Shown here: one piece after another, positions 31,049 to 40,200 of the stretch | Layout of the letters: the number at the start of each line of letters is the position of its first letter | Numbering within the stretch: the first letter of the stretch is position 1 | Virus record (IMG/VR): IMGVR_UViG_3300014204_007089 | Location: 42,131 to 106,130 of that record | DNA: 64,000 bases | Strand: one strand, 5' to 3' | From: a virus | Taxonomy: Duplodnaviria > Caudoviricetes | The notes under the pieces: generated by a model | Database searches by the model: none | Told to the model about the DNA's origin: nothing | The model's input: only the letters and a program-made list of their open reading frames with translations | Made by a program: the position numbers and the translations under genes

Positions 31049-33267
31049 TAATCCTCTTTTTTATTCTTAGCTTCTTGAATTTGTTTTATTAAATTAGGAA
31101 TATTAGAAGATACATCTCCTGGAATTTCATTTTTATTAAATGGAACATCAATTAATGATGAATTTGTAAAGTTTTTAATAAGACTTCCTTTAGCTAATGG
31201 TCCATTTCTATTTTTAACTACATGCCATTTTAAATCTGGAAATATTTCTTCATTTGGTCTTGTTTCAATTTGTATACCAACATTTACATTATGCATAATT
31301 AAACTAGATCTTCCCCATCTATGAACACCAACTCTTCTACTTTCTTCTCCACCACCTTGTGAACCTCTTTTAATATCTGTTAATTGAGCTGCTGTAATAA
31401 CTACGCAATCATAAGCTCTACCAAACTCATGTAAACTACAAGCTATAGCCCCCATTTTTAACCAATCTTGTTCTCTAGCCATAGCTGGATTGTGCATTAA
31501 ACCCATATAATCTACAACTACAATATCAGGTCGATATCTTAACATAGCATCGTTATATCTTAATTCAATCTCCTCAATTGTTAAATTTCTAGGCGTGTCT
31601 ACTATATCAAAATAATACCCTGCATCCTGATATTCTTTTATAAATTTATAAGCTTTTTTTACTCTTATTTCTTCATCAGCTGTTAAACATGCTTTAGCTA
31701 AAGATCTTTGAGGAACATTAGCTAAACTAGCTAAAAATCTCATAAAACAACTTCTATATGGCATTTCTAATGAAAAATATAAAATATTATGTCCTTTTGT
31801 AATATTAGATACATTTTCCACAGTATTGTCTTGTAACCATATTTGTTTACCCATATTATTAAGTAATTGAGAATTGTGAGTTGGAATCATTTCTTTACCA
31901 CAAAGAAAACAACTAGAACTTGAATCTACTTGAATACATTGAACTGGTACAGAATCAACTTTTATAATCTTTTTAATACTTCTATTTGGGAATGAATTAA
32001 TACCAAAATAATATGTTTTAAACGAAATAGAATATGTTTCATATGAAGTGCATTTATAATAATCTATAATCGGAATTAAACCAACAGATCTTAATAATTC
32101 TACTAAATCATATATTAATTCTTTTTCTATATTTTTAGATATAAAACCATCAACAATATAAGAAGAAGAGAAAAATCCACGTATTAATTCTAATCTTTGA
32201 TCTATTGATGATTTTAAATATATTTTGGGAATATATTTTTTAACAGAAAAATTATATACATCTAATTCATTTGAAATATCTTCAAATAATTCAATACCCG
32301 CTAACCACTTACCAAAAATATAAGGGTTAATTGAAAAATCTGCATTTGGGTATAATAAAGGTTTACATGCTTTAATATAAAAATAATTATTACTAATTTT
32401 ATCAAATAATTCTTTTGTAGAAAGAGGATAGTTATATTCTTCTACACACCATTTATGATTAGAGTCAGTAATAATTTTTGCACCATCTGAAAATTCTATT
32501 TCATAACAATCATTACCATTCATTATACCTGATGTAGCTATAATATTACATGGTTTTCCATCATTACCAAAAACTACATCTCCTACTTTTAATTCCCCCA
32601 TTGTAGTCCAACCAGTAGGAGTTATTATTGGGGTATTTATAGCTAAGGCTTTCCCACTATTAGTTTCCCCACCAACCATTACCAAATCTCCTGAAACAAA
32701 ACCACCACATACAGTATCAAGCATACTATAATGAGTTTGAATTTCTTGAAAAGATTCAGGATTTAATTTATATGAATTATATGATTCTGAAAATTCATCT
32801 ACATAATCACCAACTGGTTTTTGTGTATATGTTCTTTCTAAATCAAGAGATGTAATTTTACTAATTGCTAAAGACAATTTATTAAAATAATCTTCAGGAT
32901 CTTGTGGATGATCTGGATCTTCTAAATTAGCTTGATCGCGAATTTTTTCAACAGAATCTATTTGAAATCGTTTCTTAAATTGTGTTAAATCATAAGAAAA
33001 TTCTTTAATATCATATTCTAATGATTCAATTTCATCAAAAGAATCATTAATAATATCAACAATACTAGAATTATCCTTATGTCTATCTATCAATGTTCTT
33101 CGAGTTGGCGAAGCTTTAAAATGTTGTATATAATCTATAACTAATTTCGCAAATCTTTGAGATTTCTCATCAAAAATACTATTATCATATTTATAGCAAA
33201 AAGATAAACCATTAACTTTATCAGTAATAATGGATTTTAATATTCTTAGATCTAATTCTTCTTGCAT
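31048..33267 (-). CDS. dnaB: Replicative DnaB-like helicase, intein-containing
   Basis: GGETNSGK|S Walker A, YFSLEM, VVVDYMGL, TAAQL, KNRNG. Confidence 0.9.
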   Translation of the reverse strand: MQEELDLRILKSIITDKVNGLSFCYKYDNSIFDEKSQRFAKLVIDYIQHFKASPTRRTLIDRHKDNSSIVDIINDSFDEIESLEYDIKEFSYDLTQFKKRFQIDSVEKIRDQANLEDPDHPQDPEDYFNKLSLAISKITSLDLERTYTQKPVGDYVDEFSESYNSYKLNPESFQEIQTHYSMLDTVCGGFVSGDLVMVGGETNSGKALAINTPIITPTGWTTMGELKVGDVVFGNDGKPCNIIATSGIMNGNDCYEIEFSDGAKIITDSNHKWCVEEYNYPLSTKELFDKISNNYFYIKACKPLLYPNADFSINPYIFGKWLAGIELFEDISNELDVYNFSVKKYIPKIYLKSSIDQRLELIRGFFSSSYIVDGFISKNIEKELIYDLVELLRSVGLIPIIDYYKCTSYETYSISFKTYYFGINSFPNRSIKKIIKVDSVPVQCIQVDSSSSCFLCGKEMIPTHNSQLLNNMGKQIWLQDNTVENVSNITKGHNILYFSLEMPYRSCFMRFLASLANVPQRSLAKACLTADEEIRVKKAYKFIKEYQDAGYYFDIVDTPRNLTIEEIELRYNDAMLRYRPDIVVVDYMGLMHNPAMAREQDWLKMGAIACSLHEFGRAYDCVVITAAQLTDIKRGSQGGGEESRRVGVHRWGRSSLIMHNVNVGIQIETRPNEEIFPDLKWHVVKNRNGPLAKGSLIKNFTNSSLIDVPFNKNEIPGDVSSNIPNLIKQIQEAKNKKED
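31873..32649 (-). mobile_element. Class 3 intein (259 aa) in the DnaB P-loop
   Basis: SGK|ALAINT...PTHN|S; Ala1; W (HKW), C (VQCIQV), T (PTHN) triad. Confidence 0.85.
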
Positions 33268-33989
33268 TAAAGTTCACCTTTGCGAATATTTTCACGAACA
33301 TCTTTTCCACCAATCACAGGAATGAATCTAACAAGATTAAATAAACTTTCAATACTTGCCTGTAATGGACCTGAAAAACTTCCTTCTATTTTTATACTAT
33401 TTGTACAAAAAAATAAAGGCATTCTATTTTGAATTCTAGTTCTCATAATTGGTTCTAAAATTCTACCAAATAAATCTGCAGCATTTTCAGAACCCATAAA
33501 TCTAGTATCTAATTCATCAATTACAACAAAATCTTCTGATAATAACATTGATCGTGCAGTATTTTTTGTTTCAGAATCAGTATTTAACATAATATGAATT
33601 ATATCTGTTAAATTAACATAAAGTGCACTATATTTATTACTCTCTACAACACGCTTTAAAATTGAAGAAACCGTGATCGTTTTCCCAGTACCATGGGAAC
33701 CTGCAAATCTTGCGCTTTGACCTTCTTTGAAAGATTTTTTAATATCTAAAGTAATACTATTGTAATAATTTTTAAGAATTTTTGGACCAATAAAATCATG
33801 CATATCACGCCACCAATAATCAACTGGAATATTGGCATTGTAATAACGTTGAAACATTTCAACAAGCATAGCCCCATCAGAAGTTAGAATTCCATTATTA
33901 GAATGAACTGAAATTATATCATCAATAGCATCATCTAGTTTTTTTCTTGGGATGTTGAGAAAAGGATTTTGTAAAGTTTGGTGTTCCAA
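33267..33989 (-). CDS. DnaC/IstB-like AAA+ helicase loader
   Basis: GSHGTGKT, VVIDEL, FFCTN; coupled to dnaB. Confidence 0.8.
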   Translation of the reverse strand: MEHQTLQNPFLNIPRKKLDDAIDDIISVHSNNGILTSDGAMLVEMFQRYYNANIPVDYWWRDMHDFIGPKILKNYYNSITLDIKKSFKEGQSARFAGSHGTGKTITVSSILKRVVESNKYSALYVNLTDIIHIMLNTDSETKNTARSMLLSEDFVVIDELDTRFMGSENAADLFGRILEPIMRTRIQNRMPLFFCTNSIKIEGSFSGPLQASIESLFNLVRFIPVIGGKDVRENIRKGEL

Positions 33990-34365
33990 ATATAACCTCT
34001 GGAGCTATGGAAAGTTTATTTGAACGTAATAATTTTTCTGCTCGCTTACGTTCCTCATTTGCTTTCAGTTTATGTAATTCTGATAATTTTTTTGCTCGTA
34101 AATCTTCTCTTTGAAATGGTATATGTTCTATTTCTGGTATATCTAAATTTTCTACATATATAGGCTTTTCAATTTCTTGTAAAATTTTATCACTTGCAAC
34201 CTTTATATTAACAATATTTTCTTTTGGTTGTAATATAATTGAAATTGATTTATCAGATAATTCAAGAACTAATTGATTATCAGATAACTCAAGAACTTTA
34301 CCAGCATCTACAAAACCATTTTTACATATAATTTTTACAAAAGAACCAATTTTAATAAATTCCAT
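33931..34365 (-). CDS. Hypothetical protein (Sm-like beta N-terminus possible)
   Basis: 144 aa, RBS AGGAAGG. Confidence 0.55.
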   Translation of the reverse strand: MEFIKIGSFVKIICKNGFVDAGKVLELSDNQLVLELSDKSISIILQPKENIVNIKVASDKILQEIEKPIYVENLDIPEIEHIPFQREDLRAKKLSELHKLKANEERKRAEKLLRSNKLSIAPEVIFGTPNFTKSFSQHPKKKTR

Positions 34366-34375
34366 TGACCTTCCT

Positions 34376-34984
34376 TTAAATAATATTTAATACAGATTCA
34401 TCAAAACCAATAGTTTTTAATTCTGTAAATAATTTACCATAAACATCATAAACATTATTATTTGGATCATCTTGAATTGCAACTTTTGCAAAAGCTAAAT
34501 CACCATATGTATTTACATCCAATTCTAAATTAGAAACAATAACTTTATATTTTTCTGGTAAAATTGTTGCTCTTGTAATTCTATTATTTTTTCTACTCTC
34601 TTTCTTAAATTTAAGAATAAAAGCAGTTGTGAAAAAATAAGCAATGCTTGAAATTGTAACTTTTTGTGGAATTATTATACAATCAAACATCCAATCAATA
34701 TAATTTTTAATACTAGTAGAATCTTCAGTTCCTAATGCTAATATCATTCTTCGAAGACAATAAATTTCTTTACATTTTGTTGGAGGCCCACTAAACGAAA
34801 GAGAAAAATCAATTCCCATTTGATCTTTATATCTTTTTAATATATGTCCAAGAAATTGATCTTCTTTCCAATTTACTACCGGAATATCAGAATACGAATC
34901 AAGCCGTTCCTTGAATTTTCTCCAATAGGCATTTGGTCTGCCATCATGTTTTAATCCGCTTAATTTTCCTGCTTGTTTAACCAT
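34376..34984 (-). CDS. Hypothetical protein in replication operon
   Basis: 202 aa, RBS GGGAG. Confidence 0.6.
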   Translation of the reverse strand: MVKQAGKLSGLKHDGRPNAYWRKFKERLDSYSDIPVVNWKEDQFLGHILKRYKDQMGIDFSLSFSGPPTKCKEIYCLRRMILALGTEDSTSIKNYIDWMFDCIIIPQKVTISSIAYFFTTAFILKFKKESRKNNRITRATILPEKYKVIVSNLELDVNTYGDLAFAKVAIQDDPNNNVYDVYGKLFTELKTIGFDESVLNII

Positions 34985-35040
34985 AATAAACTCCCGAATA
35001 TTTAAGTATGCAGTATGCTTAAAAAATTATCAAGAACAAT

Positions 35041-36513
35041 TTAATCTTTCAATGGCCACTGTACTTCAAATTCAGTTTCATATATTTCTTTTCTTTTTTT
35101 TGCATGTTCACAAAGATACGGCGCTTGATCTGCAAAGTCAATGATTGCTGCAAATTTCTTTCCAGGATAAGGACGAATTACTCGACCGATTCTTTGTAGT
35201 GCTCTTACAGAAGATTTTCCAGCACTACCTATTATTAAACCAGACAAAATTGGTAAATCTAAACCCCAATCAAAAATCTTACTTGCTATTATACACTTTA
35301 TTTTTCCATTTTCAATATCTTTTTTTATTTTTTCACGAACTTTTGAAGGATGCTTTCCACTTAATAGTGCGGTTGGAACTTTATCTTTTAATTGTTTATA
35401 TAAAATATCACCATGTTTAATACTATTAAATAATACTAATGGAACTAATCCTTGTTCAATCATTTTTATAGCACCAGTAACAATCATTCCATTGCGTTGT
35501 TCATTTTCAGTAATATATTTAGCATATATTTTTTGATACACACCACTTTTGTATGGATAATATTTTGGTACAAGAAAACGAATAATTGGCTTAACTAAAT
35601 ATCCTTGTTTAATTAAATCTTTTGCAGATAAATCAATAATTCTTTTACCAAGAAAAGCTTCTATTAACATATCTTGATTATCATCTCTCCAAGGTGAAGC
35701 AGACATTCCATAAACATGTTCAGCTTTAATATTTTGAGAAATTCCTACTAATGTAGGGGCTGCACAAACATGTGCTTCATCAATAATAACTACCCTTGCA
35801 GAAAGAAGCATTTTCTTTATATCTTGAAATTTTTCTGACGAAACTTCTTTTTCTTTTTCATCAGAATCATCCAATGAACATTTTTCCATAATACCCAATG
35901 CGCTAGAAATTGTCCAAACACTTGCTATATTAATATTTTTAATGTTACAATGTCCATCACCTATAATACCAATTTCTTCATCGAAAATTTTAGAAAACAC
36001 ATTATGTGTTTGATATAATAAATCAGTTCCAATTACCATAATTAATGTAGGTTTACCAAATTTAGCTGTAATTAATGTTGTACATAAAGTTTTGCCACAT
36101 CCTGTAGCTGCTTTAATAATACCACGATCATGTTTAACAGCTTCATTAGCAATATTTATTTGATATGGTCGTGGAACCATATTAATATCCTTTAGCTTTT
36201 TTGAAATATCTATTTCTTTTATTGGTGTCTTTGAATTTTTATTATCAACAATTTCAACTTCTATTTTTTTTTCTTCAAAGAATTTTAATACTCTTTGTAA
36301 TAAACCAATTGGAAATTTTCCAGTAGAAGACATTAAATATCTTCTACCATCCCATGATACAAAATCACCAAATTCATTAATATGCCCTTTATATGCTTGT
36401 GAAAATTCTGCACCTTGAATAGTAAATGATAATAATTTATTTAATTGTTGATATAATTCAGCATCATTAGAAAATAATTTACAAGAATTATCGAATACTA
36501 TTATTTTATTCAT
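35041..36513 (-). CDS. SF2 helicase (UvsW/XPB-like)
   Basis: PRPYQ, ATGCGKT, DEAH, SASP, GLDLP, QRIGRVIR. Confidence 0.9.
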   Translation of the reverse strand: MNKIIVFDNSCKLFSNDAELYQQLNKLLSFTIQGAEFSQAYKGHINEFGDFVSWDGRRYLMSSTGKFPIGLLQRVLKFFEEKKIEVEIVDNKNSKTPIKEIDISKKLKDINMVPRPYQINIANEAVKHDRGIIKAATGCGKTLCTTLITAKFGKPTLIMVIGTDLLYQTHNVFSKIFDEEIGIIGDGHCNIKNINIASVWTISSALGIMEKCSLDDSDEKEKEVSSEKFQDIKKMLLSARVVIIDEAHVCAAPTLVGISQNIKAEHVYGMSASPWRDDNQDMLIEAFLGKRIIDLSAKDLIKQGYLVKPIIRFLVPKYYPYKSGVYQKIYAKYITENEQRNGMIVTGAIKMIEQGLVPLVLFNSIKHGDILYKQLKDKVPTALLSGKHPSKVREKIKKDIENGKIKCIIASKIFDWGLDLPILSGLIIGSAGKSSVRALQRIGRVIRPYPGKKFAAIIDFADQAPYLCEHAKKRKEIYETEFEVQWPLKD

Positions 36514-36572
36514 ATATTTGATTCTATATCTGCTAGTGAATTATATTTAATATTATTATTTAAAATATTTAA

Positions 36573-36882
36573 CCTTTTCAACAAGAAGTCCCTTTCCTTT
36601 AGGAGAGGGATGAATTGTTGTTAAACTTTTTTCTTTAGAAATTTTCTTTATTTCTAGGAATTTCTTGATATATTCTAAATAGGAGATCACATGGTGCTAT
36701 TTTTTAGCACAAAGCCTCTTTGAGGCTTGATTCAAATATATGATGTGATCTTTTTAGAAAAATGAATCAAAATTTTAGTTACTAAACATTTATTGCCTGG
36801 GACAGGCTATTGAGGATAATTCTCAATATGTTGGAACCATGGCGATCCAAGAAGCCCTTACCTTTAGGTGAGGGTAGTTCAC
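36573..36882 (+). mobile_element. Non-autonomous IS200/IS605 element (310 bp)
   Basis: TTTAA|CCTTTTCAACAAG, left hairpin, right hairpin, ...GGGTAGTTCAC; near-identical to 38668..38976. Confidence 0.9.
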
Positions 36883-36942
36883 CTATAAATTTAGTAGTTG
36901 ACATATACTACATATTACTTTATGTAGTTTTATAAAATAAAA

Positions 36943-36974
36943 AATCAGCTGATATTATTCAATATCAGCTGATT
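36943..36974 (-). terminator. Intrinsic terminator after tubulin gene
   Basis: AATCAGCTGATATT-attc-AATATCAGCTGATT perfect stem followed by a T-tract on minus. Confidence 0.8.
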
Positions 36975-36990
36975 CACATTATTATTTTAA

Positions 36991-38364
36991 TTATTTTTTT
37001 CTACGATCTATAATAGCTCCACTATGTAATTTATTGAAAGAAGATGTTTTTTGTTCAATTTTTCTTTTAATCTCATCAACTTTATTTACAGTTTCTTCTC
37101 CTACATCTACTTTCATTGTCATTTGACGTTGTTCATCTTTTTTATGTGCAACACCCATTTTTAATTGAGCTTCTTCTTTTAATTGATCAATACGTTCTGT
37201 TGGTAATCCTAATCCTGAAAACATGCTATAAACTTTAATAAAATCTTCAGAAGATTCTTCTTTATAAATACCATAAAAGATTGCCAATGGACTATCACAC
37301 ACATCATTAATCATTTGTTGTGCATAATCCAAACTAGAACTTGGAATTTTATTCCAAATACGTTCTGGGGCTACAAGCATAAAACCTGCATAACGAGCTT
37401 GTTTAATATTAAAACCAGATGCTAATAAATTACCCTTTAATGATTCTACAATAGCTGTAGCAATTGCTAATTCATTTTCATAATCACTAACTGCCATTTG
37501 ACCATATACTGTAAAACCTTTACCATCAACAAATAATTTTCCAAATTCAGTAGAATCTAGAACTTTAATACCCTCATCCTTTCTACGACTCATTACATTA
37601 AATGCATGTAAAGGTTCTACAATTGCTTTATTTGATACTGGAAAGAAATTAAAAGGACCTACATCACTATATAGTGATTCAATTTTAGCATTATCTACCG
37701 TGATAATATTATCAATTTTATGTTCATTAAACATCTTAGTAAACTTACTTAAAGTCTGCCAAGCATTATGTTTTAATTGAGCATCTTCACTAGCCTTTGG
37801 AAGAATCGTAAGAACAACAACAGGCTTTCCAAGTTGAGCTAAAATATCAACAACAACTTCTACAGAACCAGCACCAGAACCACCACCAAGAGATGTACAA
37901 AAAATAAACACTTGAACATCTGATAATTTACGTTGAATTAGTTCACTAATAGAATTTCTATAAGCATCAGCAGCATCTTTACCTAAGGAAAGATCTTTCG
38001 CACATCCACCAAGACCAAAATCTAATAAAAGTTTATTTTCTTCTGGTACTTTAATATCTTCAAGATCTTGTGGAGCTGTATTAAAAACAACAGCCGGATA
38101 ACCTAATGAACTAAATTGTTCTGCTAAACGGCTACCAGCCTGTCCAGAACCAACAATACCAAAACGAAGACTAACTTTTCTTTCTTCAACTATACGTGGT
38201 GGCATAGATTCCTCTTCTTGTATTACTTGTGATTCTTCTAATTTTTTTTGAGCAGCTCTCGCTTTAAGAGCTGCTAGCTTATCAGGATCTACCTTTGGTT
38301 TATCCTCTAAATTATTCATAATTTCTTCCTTTTTAATATCTTCAATTTTTGATTCTGTACTCAT
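36991..38364 (-). CDS. Tubulin/FtsZ-family GTPase (PhuZ/TubZ-like)
   Basis: GSGQAG, FNTA, GLGGCAKD, LGGGSGAG signature, VDN, LDSTEF T7-like loop; coiled-coil tail. Confidence 0.88.
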   Translation of the reverse strand: MSTESKIEDIKKEEIMNNLEDKPKVDPDKLAALKARAAQKKLEESQVIQEEESMPPRIVEERKVSLRFGIVGSGQAGSRLAEQFSSLGYPAVVFNTAPQDLEDIKVPEENKLLLDFGLGGCAKDLSLGKDAADAYRNSISELIQRKLSDVQVFIFCTSLGGGSGAGSVEVVVDILAQLGKPVVVLTILPKASEDAQLKHNAWQTLSKFTKMFNEHKIDNIITVDNAKIESLYSDVGPFNFFPVSNKAIVEPLHAFNVMSRRKDEGIKVLDSTEFGKLFVDGKGFTVYGQMAVSDYENELAIATAIVESLKGNLLASGFNIKQARYAGFMLVAPERIWNKIPSSSLDYAQQMINDVCDSPLAIFYGIYKEESSEDFIKVYSMFSGLGLPTERIDQLKEEAQLKMGVAHKKDEQRQMTMKVDVGEETVNKVDEIKRKIEQKTSSFNKLHSGAIIDRRKK

Positions 38365-38667
38365 ATTAATCTCTATATCACTCTTTTATTTTTTTTTAAA
38401 TAGTGGAAATCTTTTAATAAGTAATAATATTTTATAGAAAATAGATACTGCTTTTTTAAGATTTTTAATTTTAGTGAGCTTTCTTTTATATTTGTTTTAT
38501 CTGATGTTTTTATCATTTCATCTAATTGCTTTAATATTATTAAACGTTGTTCATAACTTATATTTTTTTTTCTTCCTTTGTAACATCTTTTATTGTTTCT
38601 TCCTTATAATATATAATAATATATGACCATATATTTTAATTTTCTAGTAAAAATACATCATTTTTAA

Positions 38668-38976
38668 CCTTTTCAACAAGAAATCCCTTTCCTTTAGGGG
38701 AGGGATGAATTGTTGTTAAACTTTTTTCTTTAGAAATTTTCTTTATTTTAGGAATATCTTGATATATTCTAAATAGGAGATCGCATGGTGCTATTTTTTA
38801 GCACAAAGCCTCTTTGAGGCTTGATTCAAATATATGATGTGATCTTTTTAGAAAAATGAATCAAAATTTTAGTTATTAAACATTTATTGCCTGGGACAGG
38901 CTATTGAGGATAATCCTCAATATGTTGGAACCATGGGGATCCAAGAAACCCTTACCTTTAGGTGAGGGTAGTTCAC
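38668..38976 (+). mobile_element. Non-autonomous IS200/IS605 element (309 bp)
   Basis: Same termini and TTTAA target as the 36573 copy; interrupts the 3' end of ORF 38917..39204. Confidence 0.9.
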
Positions 38977-39204
38977 TACATCATCTATATATTCACTAAT
39001 TTTACAATCAATTCCTTGATTTTTTAATTCTAATAAATTTTCTATTAAAATATTACCAAAATATATATTAGCCAATATACTTTGAACTTCACCTTTTTGT
39101 ATTCGTGATAATTGTTTATCTGACCATCTATTGTCAGAAATTGCTTTACTTATGCATTTTATAACACGAGCATAATCTGTAATTGTAGGTAATAATTCTT
39201 TCAT
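38917..39204 (-). CDS. Hypothetical protein; C-terminus replaced by inserted element
   Basis: Codons after ...YIDDV read from the element's right end. Confidence 0.5.
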   Translation of the reverse strand: MKELLPTITDYARVIKCISKAISDNRWSDKQLSRIQKGEVQSILANIYFGNILIENLLELKNQGIDCKISEYIDDVVNYPHLKVRVSWIPMVPTY

Positions 39205-39207
39205 ATT

Positions 39208-40176
39208 TCACATCTTAAGAACATATCTATTAGTTACATACCATTGACAAACTTGTGTAATTCCATCTCTAAATTTGTATTGAGGAATCCAATCAATTGA
39301 TTTTATTTTATCATTATTCATAGAAAATCTAAAATCATTTCCAGTTATATCTGAAATATGTTTTATAAGATTGTGACCTCGTCCAATTGCATTACAAACA
39401 ATTTGAGCAACTTCAAGATTTGTAAATTCTTGTTTTGCTGTTATATTATATAAAGCACCATCTATTCCATTATCAATAATATTAAATAAAGCTGAACAAG
39501 TATCATATACATGTATCCAATCTCTTACCTGATTACCCTGCCCATAAATTGAAATTTCATTTTCATCGAAAATACTTTTAATAATTTTTGGAATAAATTT
39601 TTCACTAGTTTGCCAAGGTCCATAATTATTACATAATCTAATAATATTATATTTTAAATCATTTGTTATTCCAGCTGTTTTCGTCAATAATTCTGCAGAA
39701 ACTTTGGAAGCGGCATATATATTTTTTGGATTTATAAAAGATTCTTCTGTCCATGAAGAATCCTTTTCATTATCAAGTGATCCATATACTTTATCAGTGC
39801 TAAATAATATAAGTTTAGCCCCTATTTTTATACATTCATTTATTATGTTTTGTGTACCAATTATATTATTTGTAATAAATGGTATATTATTTTCACTTAC
39901 ACATGATTCATCTGCACCATGAATAATAATATCTGGTTTTTCTTTTTCACAAATAATATGAAGAATATGAGAATCAAGAACATCAGCAATATAAAAAGAA
40001 TGATCTGAATTAACGTAGATATTTTGTGTGAGATGAGTTTCTCTAACCCTATCTAAACTAGAAATAATATATGGTTTCTTGTGATAAAATACTTGGCGAA
40101 TAAAATTACCAAGAATAAATCCACCACTACCTGTTATTAATAATCTACGTTTTTTTATACTCATTTTATTTGCCAT
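39208..40176 (-). CDS. NDP-sugar dehydratase/epimerase (RmlB-like SDR)
   Basis: ITGSGGFI, STDKVYG, YAASK, NNYGP, RDWIHV. Confidence 0.85.
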   Translation of the reverse strand: MANKMSIKKRRLLITGSGGFILGNFIRQVFYHKKPYIISSLDRVRETHLTQNIYVNSDHSFYIADVLDSHILHIICEKEKPDIIIHGADESCVSENNIPFITNNIIGTQNIINECIKIGAKLILFSTDKVYGSLDNEKDSSWTEESFINPKNIYAASKVSAELLTKTAGITNDLKYNIIRLCNNYGPWQTSEKFIPKIIKSIFDENEISIYGQGNQVRDWIHVYDTCSALFNIIDNGIDGALYNITAKQEFTNLEVAQIVCNAIGRGHNLIKHISDITGNDFRFSMNNDKIKSIDWIPQYKFRDGITQVCQWYVTNRYVLKM

Positions 40177-40200
40177 TTTTTTTTATTTTATATAATATAT

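Noticed and set aside
25124-38976. Repeats as a CRISPR array
   Set aside because: Dispersed ~300-bp copies with IS ends; no regular repeat-spacer structure or cas genes.
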